A DNA stretch of 53,966 nt from Candidatus Oleincola secundus (GTDB taxonomy: Bacteria > Atribacterota > Phoenicimicrobiia > Phoenicimicrobiales > Stramentimicrobiaceae). Positions 40,577 to 51,463 of this stretch are shown one piece after another; position 1 is the first letter of the stretch; each line of letters begins with the position of its first letter. Under the pieces are notes generated by a model. It saw nothing but the letters and a program-made list of their open reading frames with translations, ran no database searches and was not told the origin of the DNA. A program made the position numbers and the translations under genes. The stretch is from NCBI GenBank assembly GCA_018400815.1, contig JAGYLS010000003.1, positions 1-53,966 on the forward strand. The letters are read 5' to 3'.

Positions 40577-41570
40577 CCTTGCTATTTTGCAAAATGTCTT
40601 TTATTATCTCAGTTTGACTATTTTCACTCTCTTCATAAGCGCGTATTATTTCTTTTACCAATCTATGTCTAACAACGTCTTTTTTTTCTAGATAAACAAA
40701 TTCAATACCTTCAATATCCTTTAATATCTTGGAAATCTTGACTAATCCTGAGTTTTTTTTCTGAGGTAAATCAATCTGAGTGATATCTCCCGTTACAATA
40801 ATTTTTGATCCGAAACCGAAACGAGTTAGAAACATTTTCATTTGCCCCAAAGTCGTATTTTGGGCATCATCTAATATAATAAAAGAATTATTTAGTGTTC
40901 TACCTCGCATATAAGCTAAAGGTGCAATTTCAATAATTCCACGATCTAAATAATTCTGAAATTTATCGGTTGGCATCATCTCGTAAATAGCATCATACAA
41001 AGGTCTAAAATATGGATCAATTTTTTCCATAAAATCACCTGGCAAAAATCCGAGACTCTCACCAGCTTCTACAGCAGGTCTTATTAAAATTATTCTATCA
41101 ACTTCTTTCTTCTTCAATGCAGAAATTGCAATAGCAACTGCCAAATAAGTTTTACCGCTTCCAGCTGGCCCAATTACAAATAAAATTTCATTATTATGTA
41201 TTTTTTCTAATATTTTCTTCTGTCCAAATGTTTTTGGCCTTATTATTTTATCTTTTTTAAATACATGAATTGCTTCTTTATACAGTTCATCTAAATGAAA
41301 TGTACTATTTTCTTTAAACATATCAATTTGATACCTGACTTCTGATAGATCAACAGAATAACCTCCGCGTATAATAACCAATAAATCCTCAATAATTTTA
41401 GCTGCCTTATGAACATTATTTTTTTCTCCAGATATTGACAAAGTATTACTATTCCTCGTTGAGATATTTACTGATAATGTCTGGCTAATTAATTTTATTT
41501 TAGTATCAAGGTGACCAAAAAGCTCCCTTAATTCATCTTTATTCTTTATAATAACTGATTCTTCAACCAT
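40557..41570 (-). CDS. phoH: PhoH family ATPase
   Basis: GPAGSGKT, RPAVEAGESLGFLPG, AYMRGRT, TGDITQID, VVRH. Confidence 0.95.
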   Translation of the reverse strand: MVEESVIIKNKDELRELFGHLDTKIKLISQTLSVNISTRNSNTLSISGEKNNVHKAAKIIEDLLVIIRGGYSVDLSEVRYQIDMFKENSTFHLDELYKEAIHVFKKDKIIRPKTFGQKKILEKIHNNEILFVIGPAGSGKTYLAVAIAISALKKKEVDRIILIRPAVEAGESLGFLPGDFMEKIDPYFRPLYDAIYEMMPTDKFQNYLDRGIIEIAPLAYMRGRTLNNSFIILDDAQNTTLGQMKMFLTRFGFGSKIIVTGDITQIDLPQKKNSGLVKISKILKDIEGIEFVYLEKKDVVRHRLVKEIIRAYEESENSQTEIIKDILQNSKGENEKR

Positions 41571-41976
41571 TTTATTTCCTCATTTTATCAACTTAATATA
41601 ATAATTGTTATACTTTAAATGATTTGATATCTTATATTATCAAATCATTCTATCTTTTAAATTTTAAATTATAATTTAATAATACTATTAAGCCAAAACA
41701 TTATAACGAATTTTATTATATTTTGCAAAATATAGGTAAGTCTACACCTATTTTATGTTAGAGAGCAAGTTCTAAGTATCTTTAAGTACCCCAGTAAATT
41801 TTACACTAACATATTAGTATTAAAATACATTAGCATGTTTTACAATTAATTGAAATTACTGATTTATAACTATACAATATGCTTTTTATATATACTTTCT
41901 TCAAATTAGATAACTTCTTCTTTTAATATAATCTTTCTGATTGAATTATTAAGTATTTTTTAAAGATTATTTTCTA

Positions 41977-42020
41977 AAAAAAAGAGAAGACTCAGTTATT
42001 TTAAATTATCTGAGCCTTCT
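41977..42020 (-). terminator. Intrinsic terminator downstream of rpsU
   Basis: Minus strand GAAGGCTCAG...CTGAGTCTTC followed by a T-run. Confidence 0.65.
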
Positions 42021-42130
42021 GGTTTCTTTGTAAAAGGTTATATTTAATCTCGAATATCTTCTAGTATTTTTTGACAATTTGATTAAATAATATCTCCTTT
42101 TGCATCTTCTTTAATTTTTATTTAAGAAAA

Positions 42131-42319
42131 TTAATTCCTCCCTCTCCTTTTCTTTTTTCTTTGGGCTGCTATTAATTTTCTCTTTCTTCTTTCACTTGGT
42201 TTTTCGTAGTATTCATGTCTCTTAATATCAGAGATAATCCCACTCTTTTGACATTCCTTCTTAAAGCGCTTTAACGCATGATCAAATTCTTCATCTTCTC
42301 TTACTCTTATTGTTGCCAT
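42131..42319 (-). CDS. rpsU: 30S ribosomal protein S21
   Basis: MATIRVREDEEFDHALKRFKK...HEYYEKPS; RBS precedes ATG 42319. Confidence 0.96.
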   Translation of the reverse strand: MATIRVREDEEFDHALKRFKKECQKSGIISDIKRHEYYEKPSERRKRKLIAAQRKKKRRGRN

Positions 42320-42603
42320 ACCTCTCACCCCCTTCTCTGCCATGATAAGCCATCAGAAATGACTGGCAAGTTAACCAAGTTATTTAACATTATATATTAT
42401 CACTCAGAAATGTTCAAGGTAACATTGATTAGTATATTATTTTCTTTGATATAAATGATTAAACTAGAATATTATTTAAAGGTGTATGAAAAGAAAGAAC
42501 ACATTTTTGTATATTCCTAGAAAACCATTTTCTTTACTAAATATATTTGTTATGGTAAACTTAAAAAACAAAAAATCTAAAAAAAGGAAGGAGATATAGC
42601 TAA

Positions 42604-43463
42604 TTGATTGAAAAACAAAAAAAATTATCTGTAGTTACCGTTTTTCTTTGTGCCATATTATTATTTTTTATGTCATTCTCTTTACAGGGGATTTCCTTAC
42701 AAGAACAGGATGACAGTGGGGAACCATTAGTTATTATTAATGGTGAAATTATTACCGTAGAAAAGTTTGAACAATTCTGGAATATGATTCCTGATAATTA
42801 TAAGGTCGAGTTAAATAAGGAAGATATATTAGATCAACTCATAACACAAACTTTATTAATCCAAAAAGCGGATGAACTGAATCTACGTGAAGATCCTGAG
42901 ATTGCCTTTCAGGTTAAAAGTGCTGTTGATCAGATATTAATACAAGCTCTCCTTGAAAAGGAGATCATCGAGGAAACCAGATTAAGTGATGAAGATATAG
43001 AATTATATTATGAAGAAAATAAAGAAGATTATTGGCAAGAAGAAGAAATTCATGCACTTAATATTTTAGTGGAAACCGAAGAAGAAGCAGAAGACATAGT
43101 TAAAAACTAGAGGAAGGCGAAGACTTTTCTAAATTGGCCGAAGATGCTTCTATTGCTTCTAGCGCCTCTGAAGGTGGAGACATTGGTTTTATAAGTAAAG
43201 GTACTTTGAGAAGTGAAATAGAAGAACAGTTGTTTATTCTTAATCCCGGAGAAATTAGTGAAATTATACCAATTGAAAATGGTTTCCATATTTTTAAAGT
43301 ATTAGAAAAAAAACCATCAGGTTATTTAGAACTAGAGGAAGTAAAAGAAGAAATTGAGTATCAGTTGCTTCCCCAAAAACAACAAGAAAATTTTGATAAA
43401 TATTTAAAAGAAATCGAAGATAAAGCTATTATCGAAAAAAATGTTGAATTACTCGAAGAATAA
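42604..43463 (+). CDS. PrsA/PpiC-type peptidyl-prolyl isomerase, frameshifted at the A-run near 43103-43107
   Basis: HALNILVETEEEAEDIVK | LEEGEDFSKLA...GGDIGF...GFHIFKV parvulin motifs. Confidence 0.85.
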
Positions 43464-43559
43464 AGAAAATTGAAATATAAATAAAGCAAAAAATTATTAA
43501 ATATAAACCTATATTATGCCTATTAAAGATAGAGAAAGCTTGTTAAATGTACTATTATA

Positions 43560-45731
43560 TTAAGATTCTTTCTCTATCTTTTTTATTGGAGCATATTTTA
43601 ATGACAACCTTTTAATTCCACTTATTTTAAAATAGACTGTGATATAACAATCATTGCCTGCTTCCTTCTTATTGACGATTGTTCCTTCTCCCCAGTCAGG
43701 GTGGTAAATACAATCATTGACTTCGAGATATTTGTCTTCTTGTTTTATATTTTCTTCCCTATTCATAATTAATCCATTAGATAATATTTCTGATTTTTCT
43801 AAATACTTTTTGGGGATTTCACTAAAAAAACGTGAAACTTTATTAAATTTTGTCTTGCCATCCATATTTCTTCGCCAACTATAGGTTAAATATAATTTAT
43901 CTATTGCTCTAGTCATTCCAACGTAACATAATCTTCTTTCTTCTTCCAAATTAGATTGGCTTGTTAAGCTTCTATTGTGAGGGAAAACCCCTTCTTCTAA
44001 TCCTGTTAGAAATACTACCGGGAATTCAAGTCCTTTAGCACAATGTAATGTCATCAAGTTAACCACATCTCCATCTTTTGAAATCTTAAGGCTATCAACA
44101 TCTGAAATAAGGGAAATATAAGTAAGAAATTCATTTAAGTTGCTTTGTGTGTGTAATTTTTCGTATTCTCTAATTGATTGAAGAAAAGCTTTAACATTTT
44201 CAATTTTATTTTCTTTCTTTATTTTGTCATCCTCATCATCCAACATACTATAATAATTTATTCTTGCAACTAAGCTTTCCGATAGGGAAGATATGCTCAT
44301 CTGACCTTTTCTCAAATTCATAAATATTTGAAGATACTTTCTTATCTTATCTTGGTTTTTTGGACTTACTCTATTTCCAGAAGTTTGGAGGTAATCTGGT
44401 AAGATATCCAAAATACTTTTCTTTTCTTTATTTGAAATGTCAGTTAACTTTTCTATTCCCTTTGTTCCTATTCCCATTTTATCCATCTCTAGCCACCTTC
44501 GACAACATTCCTTATCGTAGGGATTATCAATTAATTTTAATAAATAGATTAAATTTTTTATTTCTTTCCTTTCATAAAACCTAATACCACCAATTAATCT
44601 GAAAGGTATGTTTTTTCTAGCAAATACCTCTTCAAAAGATCTTGACTGTGCATTCGTACGGTACAATACGACAAAATGATACCAACTCATTTTTTCATTT
44701 CTCTTTAAATATTCTATTTCTCTTGCAATAAATTCTGCTTCATCGATGGCACTATTGGACTCATAATATTTTATCTTTTCACCGCCCTTTCTGTCGGTCC
44801 ATAACCCCTTCTCTTTCCTATAAGTGTTATTTTTAATAACAAAATAAGCACCCTTAAGTACAATATCAGAAGAACGATAGTTTTGTTCTAATTTAACAAC
44901 CTTGCATTCTGGAAAATCATCTTCAAAATTAATTATATTACTCAATTCTGCACCCCTGAATCTATATATACTTTGATCAGGATCTCCAACTACAAATAGA
45001 TTCTTGCTTTTTTGAGACAATAATTTAATTAATATATACTGAGCATGGTTAATATCTTGATATTCGTCAACTAAAATGTGTTTAAACTTATCTTGGTAAT
45101 GGCAAAGTATTTCGGGGTAATCCTGTAATAATTGGACTGTTTTTAGAATTAGATCACCATAATCTAATGATTGATTTTTAATTATTTCTTCCTGGTATTT
45201 TTTATAAATTTTTGCAACTATTTTATTATAAAAACCGATTGCCTCTTCACTAAATTTATTTTCATCTATTAATTTATTTTTTGCATTTTCGATAATATTG
45301 TATATTGTTTTTGGCCGATACTGTTTAGAGTCTAAATCAAGAATGTTGAGACATTTTCTTATAAGTCTTTGGGTATCGTTTTTATCATAAATATTAAAAC
45401 TTTTATTAAAACCTAAATATTTAATATGTTGATGTAAAATCCTGACACAAATTGCATGGAAAGTACCTATCCAAATACGATACTTCAAAGATTTTTGTTC
45501 ACTATCTATATTGGTTAGCTTTGCAATTCTTTCTTTCATTTCATTAGCTGCTTTATTTGTAAAGGTAACCGCTAAAATGTTTTCTGGTTTTATATTCTTT
45601 TTTTCAATTAAATATATAATATGCTGTATTAAAACACTTGTTTTCCCACTACCAGCACCAGCAATAACTAAAACGGGTCCATCACAGGCTTGAATTGCTT
45701 TTGCCTGTGCTTGGTTGTACTTTTTTAACAT
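43560..45731 (-). CDS. pcrA: ATP-dependent DNA helicase PcrA/UvrD
   Basis: AGAGSGKT, TFTNKAA, VDEYQD, GDPDQSIY, QNYRS, KGLEF, EERRL; Tudor-like C-terminus. Confidence 0.95.
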   Translation of the reverse strand: MLKKYNQAQAKAIQACDGPVLVIAGAGSGKTSVLIQHIIYLIEKKNIKPENILAVTFTNKAANEMKERIAKLTNIDSEQKSLKYRIWIGTFHAICVRILHQHIKYLGFNKSFNIYDKNDTQRLIRKCLNILDLDSKQYRPKTIYNIIENAKNKLIDENKFSEEAIGFYNKIVAKIYKKYQEEIIKNQSLDYGDLILKTVQLLQDYPEILCHYQDKFKHILVDEYQDINHAQYILIKLLSQKSKNLFVVGDPDQSIYRFRGAELSNIINFEDDFPECKVVKLEQNYRSSDIVLKGAYFVIKNNTYRKEKGLWTDRKGGEKIKYYESNSAIDEAEFIAREIEYLKRNEKMSWYHFVVLYRTNAQSRSFEEVFARKNIPFRLIGGIRFYERKEIKNLIYLLKLIDNPYDKECCRRWLEMDKMGIGTKGIEKLTDISNKEKKSILDILPDYLQTSGNRVSPKNQDKIRKYLQIFMNLRKGQMSISSLSESLVARINYYSMLDDEDDKIKKENKIENVKAFLQSIREYEKLHTQSNLNEFLTYISLISDVDSLKISKDGDVVNLMTLHCAKGLEFPVVFLTGLEEGVFPHNRSLTSQSNLEEERRLCYVGMTRAIDKLYLTYSWRRNMDGKTKFNKVSRFFSEIPKKYLEKSEILSNGLIMNREENIKQEDKYLEVNDCIYHPDWGEGTIVNKKEAGNDCYITVYFKISGIKRLSLKYAPIKKIEKES

Positions 45732-45787
45732 CTATTGTTAACCTTTCCTTACTATAATATTAGGCAAATATGTCTTCTCTTATCAAA

Positions 45788-45837
45788 AAGAAATCCAGGG
45801 AAAAAGAAAATAATCTATAATTACCCCTGGATTTCTT
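45788..45837 (-). terminator. Putative terminator after the class I aminotransferase
   Basis: AAGAAATCCAGGG / CCCTGGATTTCTT inverted repeat followed by a T-run on the minus strand. Confidence 0.65.
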
Positions 45838-45873
45838 ATATGTTGATTCTACAAGAATCTATTTGAAATATTT

Positions 45874-47064
45874 TTAATTAAATAATTTCTTTAATCGACT
45901 CATTCCCTCTTCAATTTCCTCTATGGAAGTTGCATAAGACAACCTCAAATATCCTTCAGCCTCAAATGCACTACCAGGTACTACTGCAACCTCTGCCTCA
46001 CTTAGTATATAATTTGCAAGTTGTAGCGAATCTTTTATTTCCTCACCATTATATAAAATTCCAGTTTTGAGAACTTTTGAAATATTAGGGAAAGCATAAA
46101 AAGCGCCCTTGGGCATATCACAGCTAAAACCATTAATCTTATTGAGTTCCTTAACAATAAATTTTCTTCTTTTATCAAATTCATCATGCATTTGTTTAAT
46201 TGACTCTTGGTCTCCTGCTAACGCTTCTACGCTTGCTTTTTGGGCAATTGAATTTGCGTTTGAGGTACAATGACCTTGAAATTTTGACATTCCTGAAATA
46301 ATTTCTTCAGGCCCAGCAGCATAGCCTATTCTCCATCCAGTCATTGCATAAGATTTAGATACCCCATTTATAAGTAGTACTTTTTCCTTGATATTCGAAC
46401 CGAAAGAAGCAATGGAAAAATGTTTTTCATTTTCATACACTAATTTTTCATAAATCTCATCACTTATACAATAAATATCCTTTTCTAATAAAATATCAGC
46501 AATTTTTTGTAATTCTTCTTTATTGTACACAGCACCGGTCGGATTATTGGGTGTATTTATTAAGAGAACCCTTGTCTTATCAGTTATACTGTTTTCCAGT
46601 TGCTTAGCTGATAGTTGAAATTGATTTTCCTGGCTGGTTCTAATAAAAACCGGTTTTGCTTGTGCTAATTTAATTTGTTCAGTATAACTTACCCAACAGG
46701 GTGTAGGTAAAAGAACTTCATCCCCGGGATTACAAAGTGCCATCAGGGCATTGTAAAGACAATGTTTGGCACCATTTGATATAATAATTTGATTAGTATT
46801 ATAGTGTATACCTTGATCTCTACTTAGTTTTTCAATTACTGCTTTTTTCAGTTCTGGAATCCCTGAGGCAGAAGTATAATGGGTAAAACCATCTTTAATT
46901 GCTTTTATTGCCTCTTCTTGGATATTGTTTGGAGTATTAAAGTCTGGCTCTCCGGCACCAAAACTAATTATTTTTTTACCATCAGCTTTCATCTTTAAAA
47001 CCTGGGACGTAATAGCCAGGGTTTGTGAAGCTTGTATATTTTTAACCCTTTCTGATAAAGTCAT
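45874..47064 (-). CDS. Class I/II PLP aminotransferase (aspartate aminotransferase-like)
   Basis: GEPDF, NTPNNPTG, SDEIY, SKSYAMTGWRIG, RLSYA. Confidence 0.92.
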   Translation of the reverse strand: MTLSERVKNIQASQTLAITSQVLKMKADGKKIISFGAGEPDFNTPNNIQEEAIKAIKDGFTHYTSASGIPELKKAVIEKLSRDQGIHYNTNQIIISNGAKHCLYNALMALCNPGDEVLLPTPCWVSYTEQIKLAQAKPVFIRTSQENQFQLSAKQLENSITDKTRVLLINTPNNPTGAVYNKEELQKIADILLEKDIYCISDEIYEKLVYENEKHFSIASFGSNIKEKVLLINGVSKSYAMTGWRIGYAAGPEEIISGMSKFQGHCTSNANSIAQKASVEALAGDQESIKQMHDEFDKRRKFIVKELNKINGFSCDMPKGAFYAFPNISKVLKTGILYNGEEIKDSLQLANYILSEAEVAVVPGSAFEAEGYLRLSYATSIEEIEEGMSRLKKLFN

Positions 47065-47096
47065 TAATTATTTATCTCCTTATTTTTTTCAATATT

Positions 47097-48008
47097 TTAA
47101 GTTACAAAATCCAACCAAGCATTATACTGTTTCTCTTTTCCCTTAAAAACATTAAATAATTTTTCCTGTAATTGCTTGCTAACAGGTCCCCTACTACCTG
47201 AACCGATAGAATGATGGTCAATTTCTCTTATAGGTGTTAATTCTGCAGCAGAACCAGCGAAGAAAGCCTCATCTGCCAGATACAATACATCTCTTGCAAT
47301 AAACTCTTCTTTAATCTTAAAATTCATGTCACTTGCTATTTTTATAACCGTTTTTCGAGTAATTCCCTCTAACACTGAAGTCAAGGGGGGCGTAAACACT
47401 ATGCCATCCTTAACCCAAAATATATTTTCACCAGGACCTTCAGCAACATACCCATTGCTATCCAACAGTATAGCTTCCTCTACACCGGATTCCACAGCTT
47501 CCATGTTGGCAAATATAGAATTTATATAGTTCCCGCATATTTTTGCCTTTGCAGAAGTAGAATTAATATGACTACGTTGCCAAGAAGATATTATTGCTTT
47601 TATCCCTTTAGCCAAAGCCTCTTCTCCAAGATAGGCTCCCCACTCCCATGCGGCAATCATGACTTGTACTGGACAAGTAAAGGGGTTTAATCCTAATTTT
47701 TTAAACCCTCTATAAACCAATGGTCTGATATAACAACTATCTAACTTGTTTACTTTAATAGTTTCTTTTATTGCCTTTGTAATTTCTTCTTTGGTGTAAG
47801 GAATGTCCATTCTCAATATCTTTGCTGAATTAAAAAGTCTGTCGACATGGTCCTTTAATCTAAAGACAGCCGTGCCCTGTTCTGTTTTATAAGCACGAAT
47901 GCCTTCAAAAACACCACTTCCGTAGTGCAAAGCATGGGTCAGAACATGAACCTTTGCATCGTTCCAATTAACTAGCTTTCCATCCATCCATATTTTTTCC
48001 GCTTCCAT
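47097..48008 (-). CDS. ilvE: Branched-chain amino acid aminotransferase
   Basis: LHYGSGVFEGIR, YIRP, AKICGNY, EGPGENIF, LEGITR. Confidence 0.95.
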   Translation of the reverse strand: MEAEKIWMDGKLVNWNDAKVHVLTHALHYGSGVFEGIRAYKTEQGTAVFRLKDHVDRLFNSAKILRMDIPYTKEEITKAIKETIKVNKLDSCYIRPLVYRGFKKLGLNPFTCPVQVMIAAWEWGAYLGEEALAKGIKAIISSWQRSHINSTSAKAKICGNYINSIFANMEAVESGVEEAILLDSNGYVAEGPGENIFWVKDGIVFTPPLTSVLEGITRKTVIKIASDMNFKIKEEFIARDVLYLADEAFFAGSAAELTPIREIDHHSIGSGSRGPVSKQLQEKLFNVFKGKEKQYNAWLDFVT

Positions 48009-48083
48009 ATTAATATCCCTCCTTTAATATTAATTTAAATATATTAAATATATTTAAATTATATAATTTAGCTACACAAAAGT

Positions 48084-48273
48084 AAATATCGCACCTGCAT
48101 AGCGGGTGGCTTTAAGAACCTCTAAAGAGGGTTTAACTTTTTACCACATTTTAGCTCTTTTTTTTTCGATTTTTTATCTAACCTTTAGCTATAATATTTC
48201 TAAGTAATATAACTTCCAACTTTGGACTTCAGGTGAAAAATTGTCATCTAGCTTATCTTAATCTTTTTATGGT
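48084..48273 (+). repeat. Dispersed element, copy G (palindrome end missing)
   Basis: AAATATCGCACCTGCATAGCGGGTGGCTTTAAGAACCTCTAAAGAGGGTTT...CTTCAGGTGAAAAATTGTCATCTAGCTTATCTTAAT (core identical to copy F). Confidence 0.9.
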
Positions 48274-49564
48274 CTATTCTTTATTGTATACCTTAGCATA
48301 GATATAATCCATATTCTTTATAAAATAATTATAATCAAAACACGAATTTATTTCATCTTTCGACATATATTTTTAATTTCTCCGTCTTCTAAAATTAAGT
48401 TCTTAAAATTTTTAAATTTTTCCAAGATTCCAAAGCATCATCTTGTACTATCTTATATGCTTTTTCCCTAGATAACCCTTTGTTGGTTAGTGAAAGCATA
48501 ACACGTTGAGAAAATACGAGACCTCTAGTTAGATTTAGATTTTTTTCATATTTTCCTGGTTTACTTTTAAAGTTTCTAATATAAAGAAAATCTTTTTAAC
48601 ATATAGTCTATTAATATTGTGCTGTCAGTAAAATAACCCTTTCTACAGAGGAATTTGATATATCCCGTTCATGCCAAAGATTGTTATTCTCCAATGCAGA
48701 AACTGCGTATCCCCTTAATATTCTTGACAGACCACAAATTCTTTCACATAAGATAGGATTTTTTATGTGGCATAGCTGAAGATCCTTTTTGTCCAGGAGC
48801 AAAGCTTTCTTCTAACTCTAATATCTCTGTTCTCTGTAAGCTCCTTATTTCAGTGGCAATTTTTCTAAACTAGAGGCAATAATGGCTAAAACACTGACAT
48901 AATATGCATGACGATCCCGTTGAATGATTTGACTCGAAATATCAGCTGATTTCAATCCTAATTTTTTACAGACCAGCTCTTCAATTTTTGGATCTATATG
49001 TGCAAAAGTTCCCACTGCTCCGGATATTTTCCCATAACTTATCTCTTCTTCAGCTAATTTCATTCTATTTAGGTTCCTAATCATCTCAGAATACCATAAA
49101 GTAAGCTTAAATCCAAAAGTAATTGGCTCAGCATGTACTCCATGTGTTCTGCCAATCATAATGGTGTTTTTATATTTATATGCCAACTTTTTTAATTTTT
49201 CTGTTAATTCCAGGATGTCATTATAAATAATACCAGAGGCTTTTTTTAAGGAAATACTTAAAGCAGTATCTAAAATATCAGAAGAGGTTAATCCCTGATG
49301 AAAATAACGTGAATATTCTCCCAAATATTCACCAACATTTGTAGTAAAAGCTAAAACATCATGTCTGGTTATTTTTTCTATTTCATTAATCCTTTCAGTG
49401 GAATATTTTGCATTTTTCTTTATTAATTCAAATATTTCCCTATCTAGTAGACCTAATTCTTTGCGAGCATCACAGACTGCCATTTCTACCTTTAACCAAG
49501 AACTATATTTCGCTTCTTCTTCCCATATTGATTTCATTGGTTCTAATGCATATCGTTCAATCAA
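48274..49564 (-). CDS. purB: Adenylosuccinate lyase (several frameshifts in the 3' half)
   Basis: TTG start [31 protein letters not shown]; later fragments contain [37 protein letters not shown]...KE*. Confidence 0.9.
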
Positions 49565-49601
49565 TTTTATTTTCTCCCACAATTTATTATATTTTTTGAT
49601 T

Positions 49602-50882
49602 TTATCTGATAATTGTTTGTGACCTCTTAGGACCTACGGAAATAATTGAAGCCTTACAATCTGTTAGAGTTTCAATTTTTTTAATATACTCTATCGTTTT
49701 TTTTGGTAAATCATTAAAATTTTTAATATGACTAATATCTTCCTTCCATCCTTCAATTTCTTCATATATTGGTTCTATCAATTTGATTATTTCGCTATCA
49801 GCAGGATAATGCGGATACACTTGATTGTTTATTTTGTATTCCTTACATATTCTGATTTTTTTGAAATGGCTTAATACATCAAGTTTAGTTAAAACAATTT
49901 CTTTTATACCATTAATCCGATTAGCATATTTAACTACTGCTGCATCAAACCATCCACATCTCCTTGGTCTCCCTGTTGTTGCACCATATTCATTACCATA
50001 TTCACGTAACTTTTCACCTATCGAATCAACTAACTCTGTTGGGAAGGGTCCTTCACCGACCCTGGTAGTATACGCTTTACAAATTCCAATTACCTTATCA
50101 ATATATATAGGGCTAATACCACAACCTGTACAAGCACAACCAGCCATGGGATTTGATGAAGTTACATAAGGGTAAGTACCGTGGTCGACATCGAGCATGG
50201 TTCCCTGTGCCCCTTCGAAAATTATATTTTTATGTTTTTTAATTTGCTCATCGAGAAGAAGAGATCCATCAATAATATACTTTTTTAGTTTCTGCCCGTA
50301 TTCATGGTATTTTTCTTTGATTTTATTAATATTTTCTTTTGAAATATTGATCTGATAATTTTTATACAAATATACTTTTTTATTTTCTAATTGAAAATTT
50401 AATTTTTTTTCAAGAGAATCAGAATGAATTAAATCACATGCACGTATGCCGTTTCTGGAATATTTATCAACATAAGCAGGGCCAATCCCCTTTTTTGTAG
50501 TTCCGATTTTTAAATTTTCTTTTTCTTCTTCCATACTTTCGTCAATCATTTTATGATAGGGAAATATTATATGTGTTTTATAATCAACAAAAAGTCTATT
50601 GGCAATACTTATTCCCTTTTCTTCTAATGCATTTATTTCATCAAAAAAAACTTCTGGATCCAACACAACTCCGTTACCGATTAAACAAATCTTATCTTTA
50701 TGCAGGATACCGGAAGGCAAAAGATGGAAGATATATTGTTTATCTTCTACTACTACTGTATGTCCAGCATTACAGCCACCTTGATATCGGGCGATTACAT
50801 CATATTGTTCAGACAATAAATCTGTTATTTTGCCTTTCCCTTCATCTCCCCATTGGGTTCCTACTATTATAGTTGTTGCCAT
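49602..50882 (-). CDS. purA: Adenylosuccinate synthetase
   Basis: QWGDEGKGK, GGCNAGHT, EGAQG, GATTGRPRRCGW. Confidence 0.98.
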   Translation of the reverse strand: MATTIIVGTQWGDEGKGKITDLLSEQYDVIARYQGGCNAGHTVVVEDKQYIFHLLPSGILHKDKICLIGNGVVLDPEVFFDEINALEEKGISIANRLFVDYKTHIIFPYHKMIDESMEEEKENLKIGTTKKGIGPAYVDKYSRNGIRACDLIHSDSLEKKLNFQLENKKVYLYKNYQINISKENINKIKEKYHEYGQKLKKYIIDGSLLLDEQIKKHKNIIFEGAQGTMLDVDHGTYPYVTSSNPMAGCACTGCGISPIYIDKVIGICKAYTTRVGEGPFPTELVDSIGEKLREYGNEYGATTGRPRRCGWFDAAVVKYANRINGIKEIVLTKLDVLSHFKKIRICKEYKINNQVYPHYPADSEIIKLIEPIYEEIEGWKEDISHIKNFNDLPKKTIEYIKKIETLTDCKASIISVGPKRSQTIIR

Positions 50883-51049
50883 ATTAAATACCTTTCTAAA
50901 AAAGTTTTAGTTTTTGTTAAAATAAAGAATAGTCGAATAAATATGATTAGTATTTAGTTTAAAATCTAAGAATCTATTTATTATATTATCCATTCTAACA
51001 TACTTCCATCTCAATCCCTTCATACAAACTGGTATACCTACAATATTCC

Positions 51050-51463
51050 AACTCAATATACTCGATACTAGTTTCATCTTGCCTCTTATTTTGTATTGAT
51101 TTCTTAACTTGAAACTCGCAATTTGGAACTTGAAACTTTTATTTTACCTTGCATCTTACTTTTTCATCTTTGTATTTACTTTTCTTCACGTTATACATTA
51201 TAGGAATACGTATACTGTTTTTCTTACTTCCTCCCCATTGAGGGAAATTATACTCCTCTTTTGTTTCCTCCCCCTCACCCTGAACCTCTCCCTCCGAGGG
51301 GAGAGGGAATTTTTCAAAAACTTGTTTTTTAACTTACATCTTGTAGCTTGCATCTTTTTGTCTTTATCTTTTTAGACTGAAAACTGAAAACCGACAACTG
51401 TATTTTATTTATTACTCATTACTTTATTTAGAACTCGATATTCGATGCTCACGACTTGATACT
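51050..51463. repeat. Degenerate heptamer tandem-repeat tracts
   Basis: AACTTGA-AACTCGC-AATTTGG-AACTTGA; AACTTAC-ATCTTGT-AGCTTGC; ACTGAAA-ACTGAAA-ACCGACA; AACTCGA-TATTCGA-TGCTCAC-GACTTGA. Confidence 0.65.
51270..51307 (+). repeat. REP-like CCCTCACCC...CCTCTCCC-N-GGGAGAGGG palindromic repeat
   Basis: CCCCCTCACCCTGAACCTCTCCCTCCGAGGGGAGAGGG, a GC-rich hairpin in an AT-rich spacer. Confidence 0.7.

Noticed and set aside
41571..42130. Possible decayed yqeY/yqfD gene between rpsU and phoH
   Set aside because: Very AT-rich with stops in the frames examined; no convincing motif found beyond a terminator.
48031..48061. AT-only palindrome upstream of ilvE as an operator
   Set aside because: Composed only of A/T in a very AT-rich spacer and seen once; cannot be distinguished from chance.
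12830..48273. Repeat family as a CRISPR array
   Set aside because: Copies are dispersed kilobases apart with no repeat-spacer periodicity and no cas genes.
51109..51375. 88-aa ORF in the guaA-purA spacer
   Set aside because: It is a translation of pyrimidine-rich repeat tracts, antisense to the operon, with biased composition.
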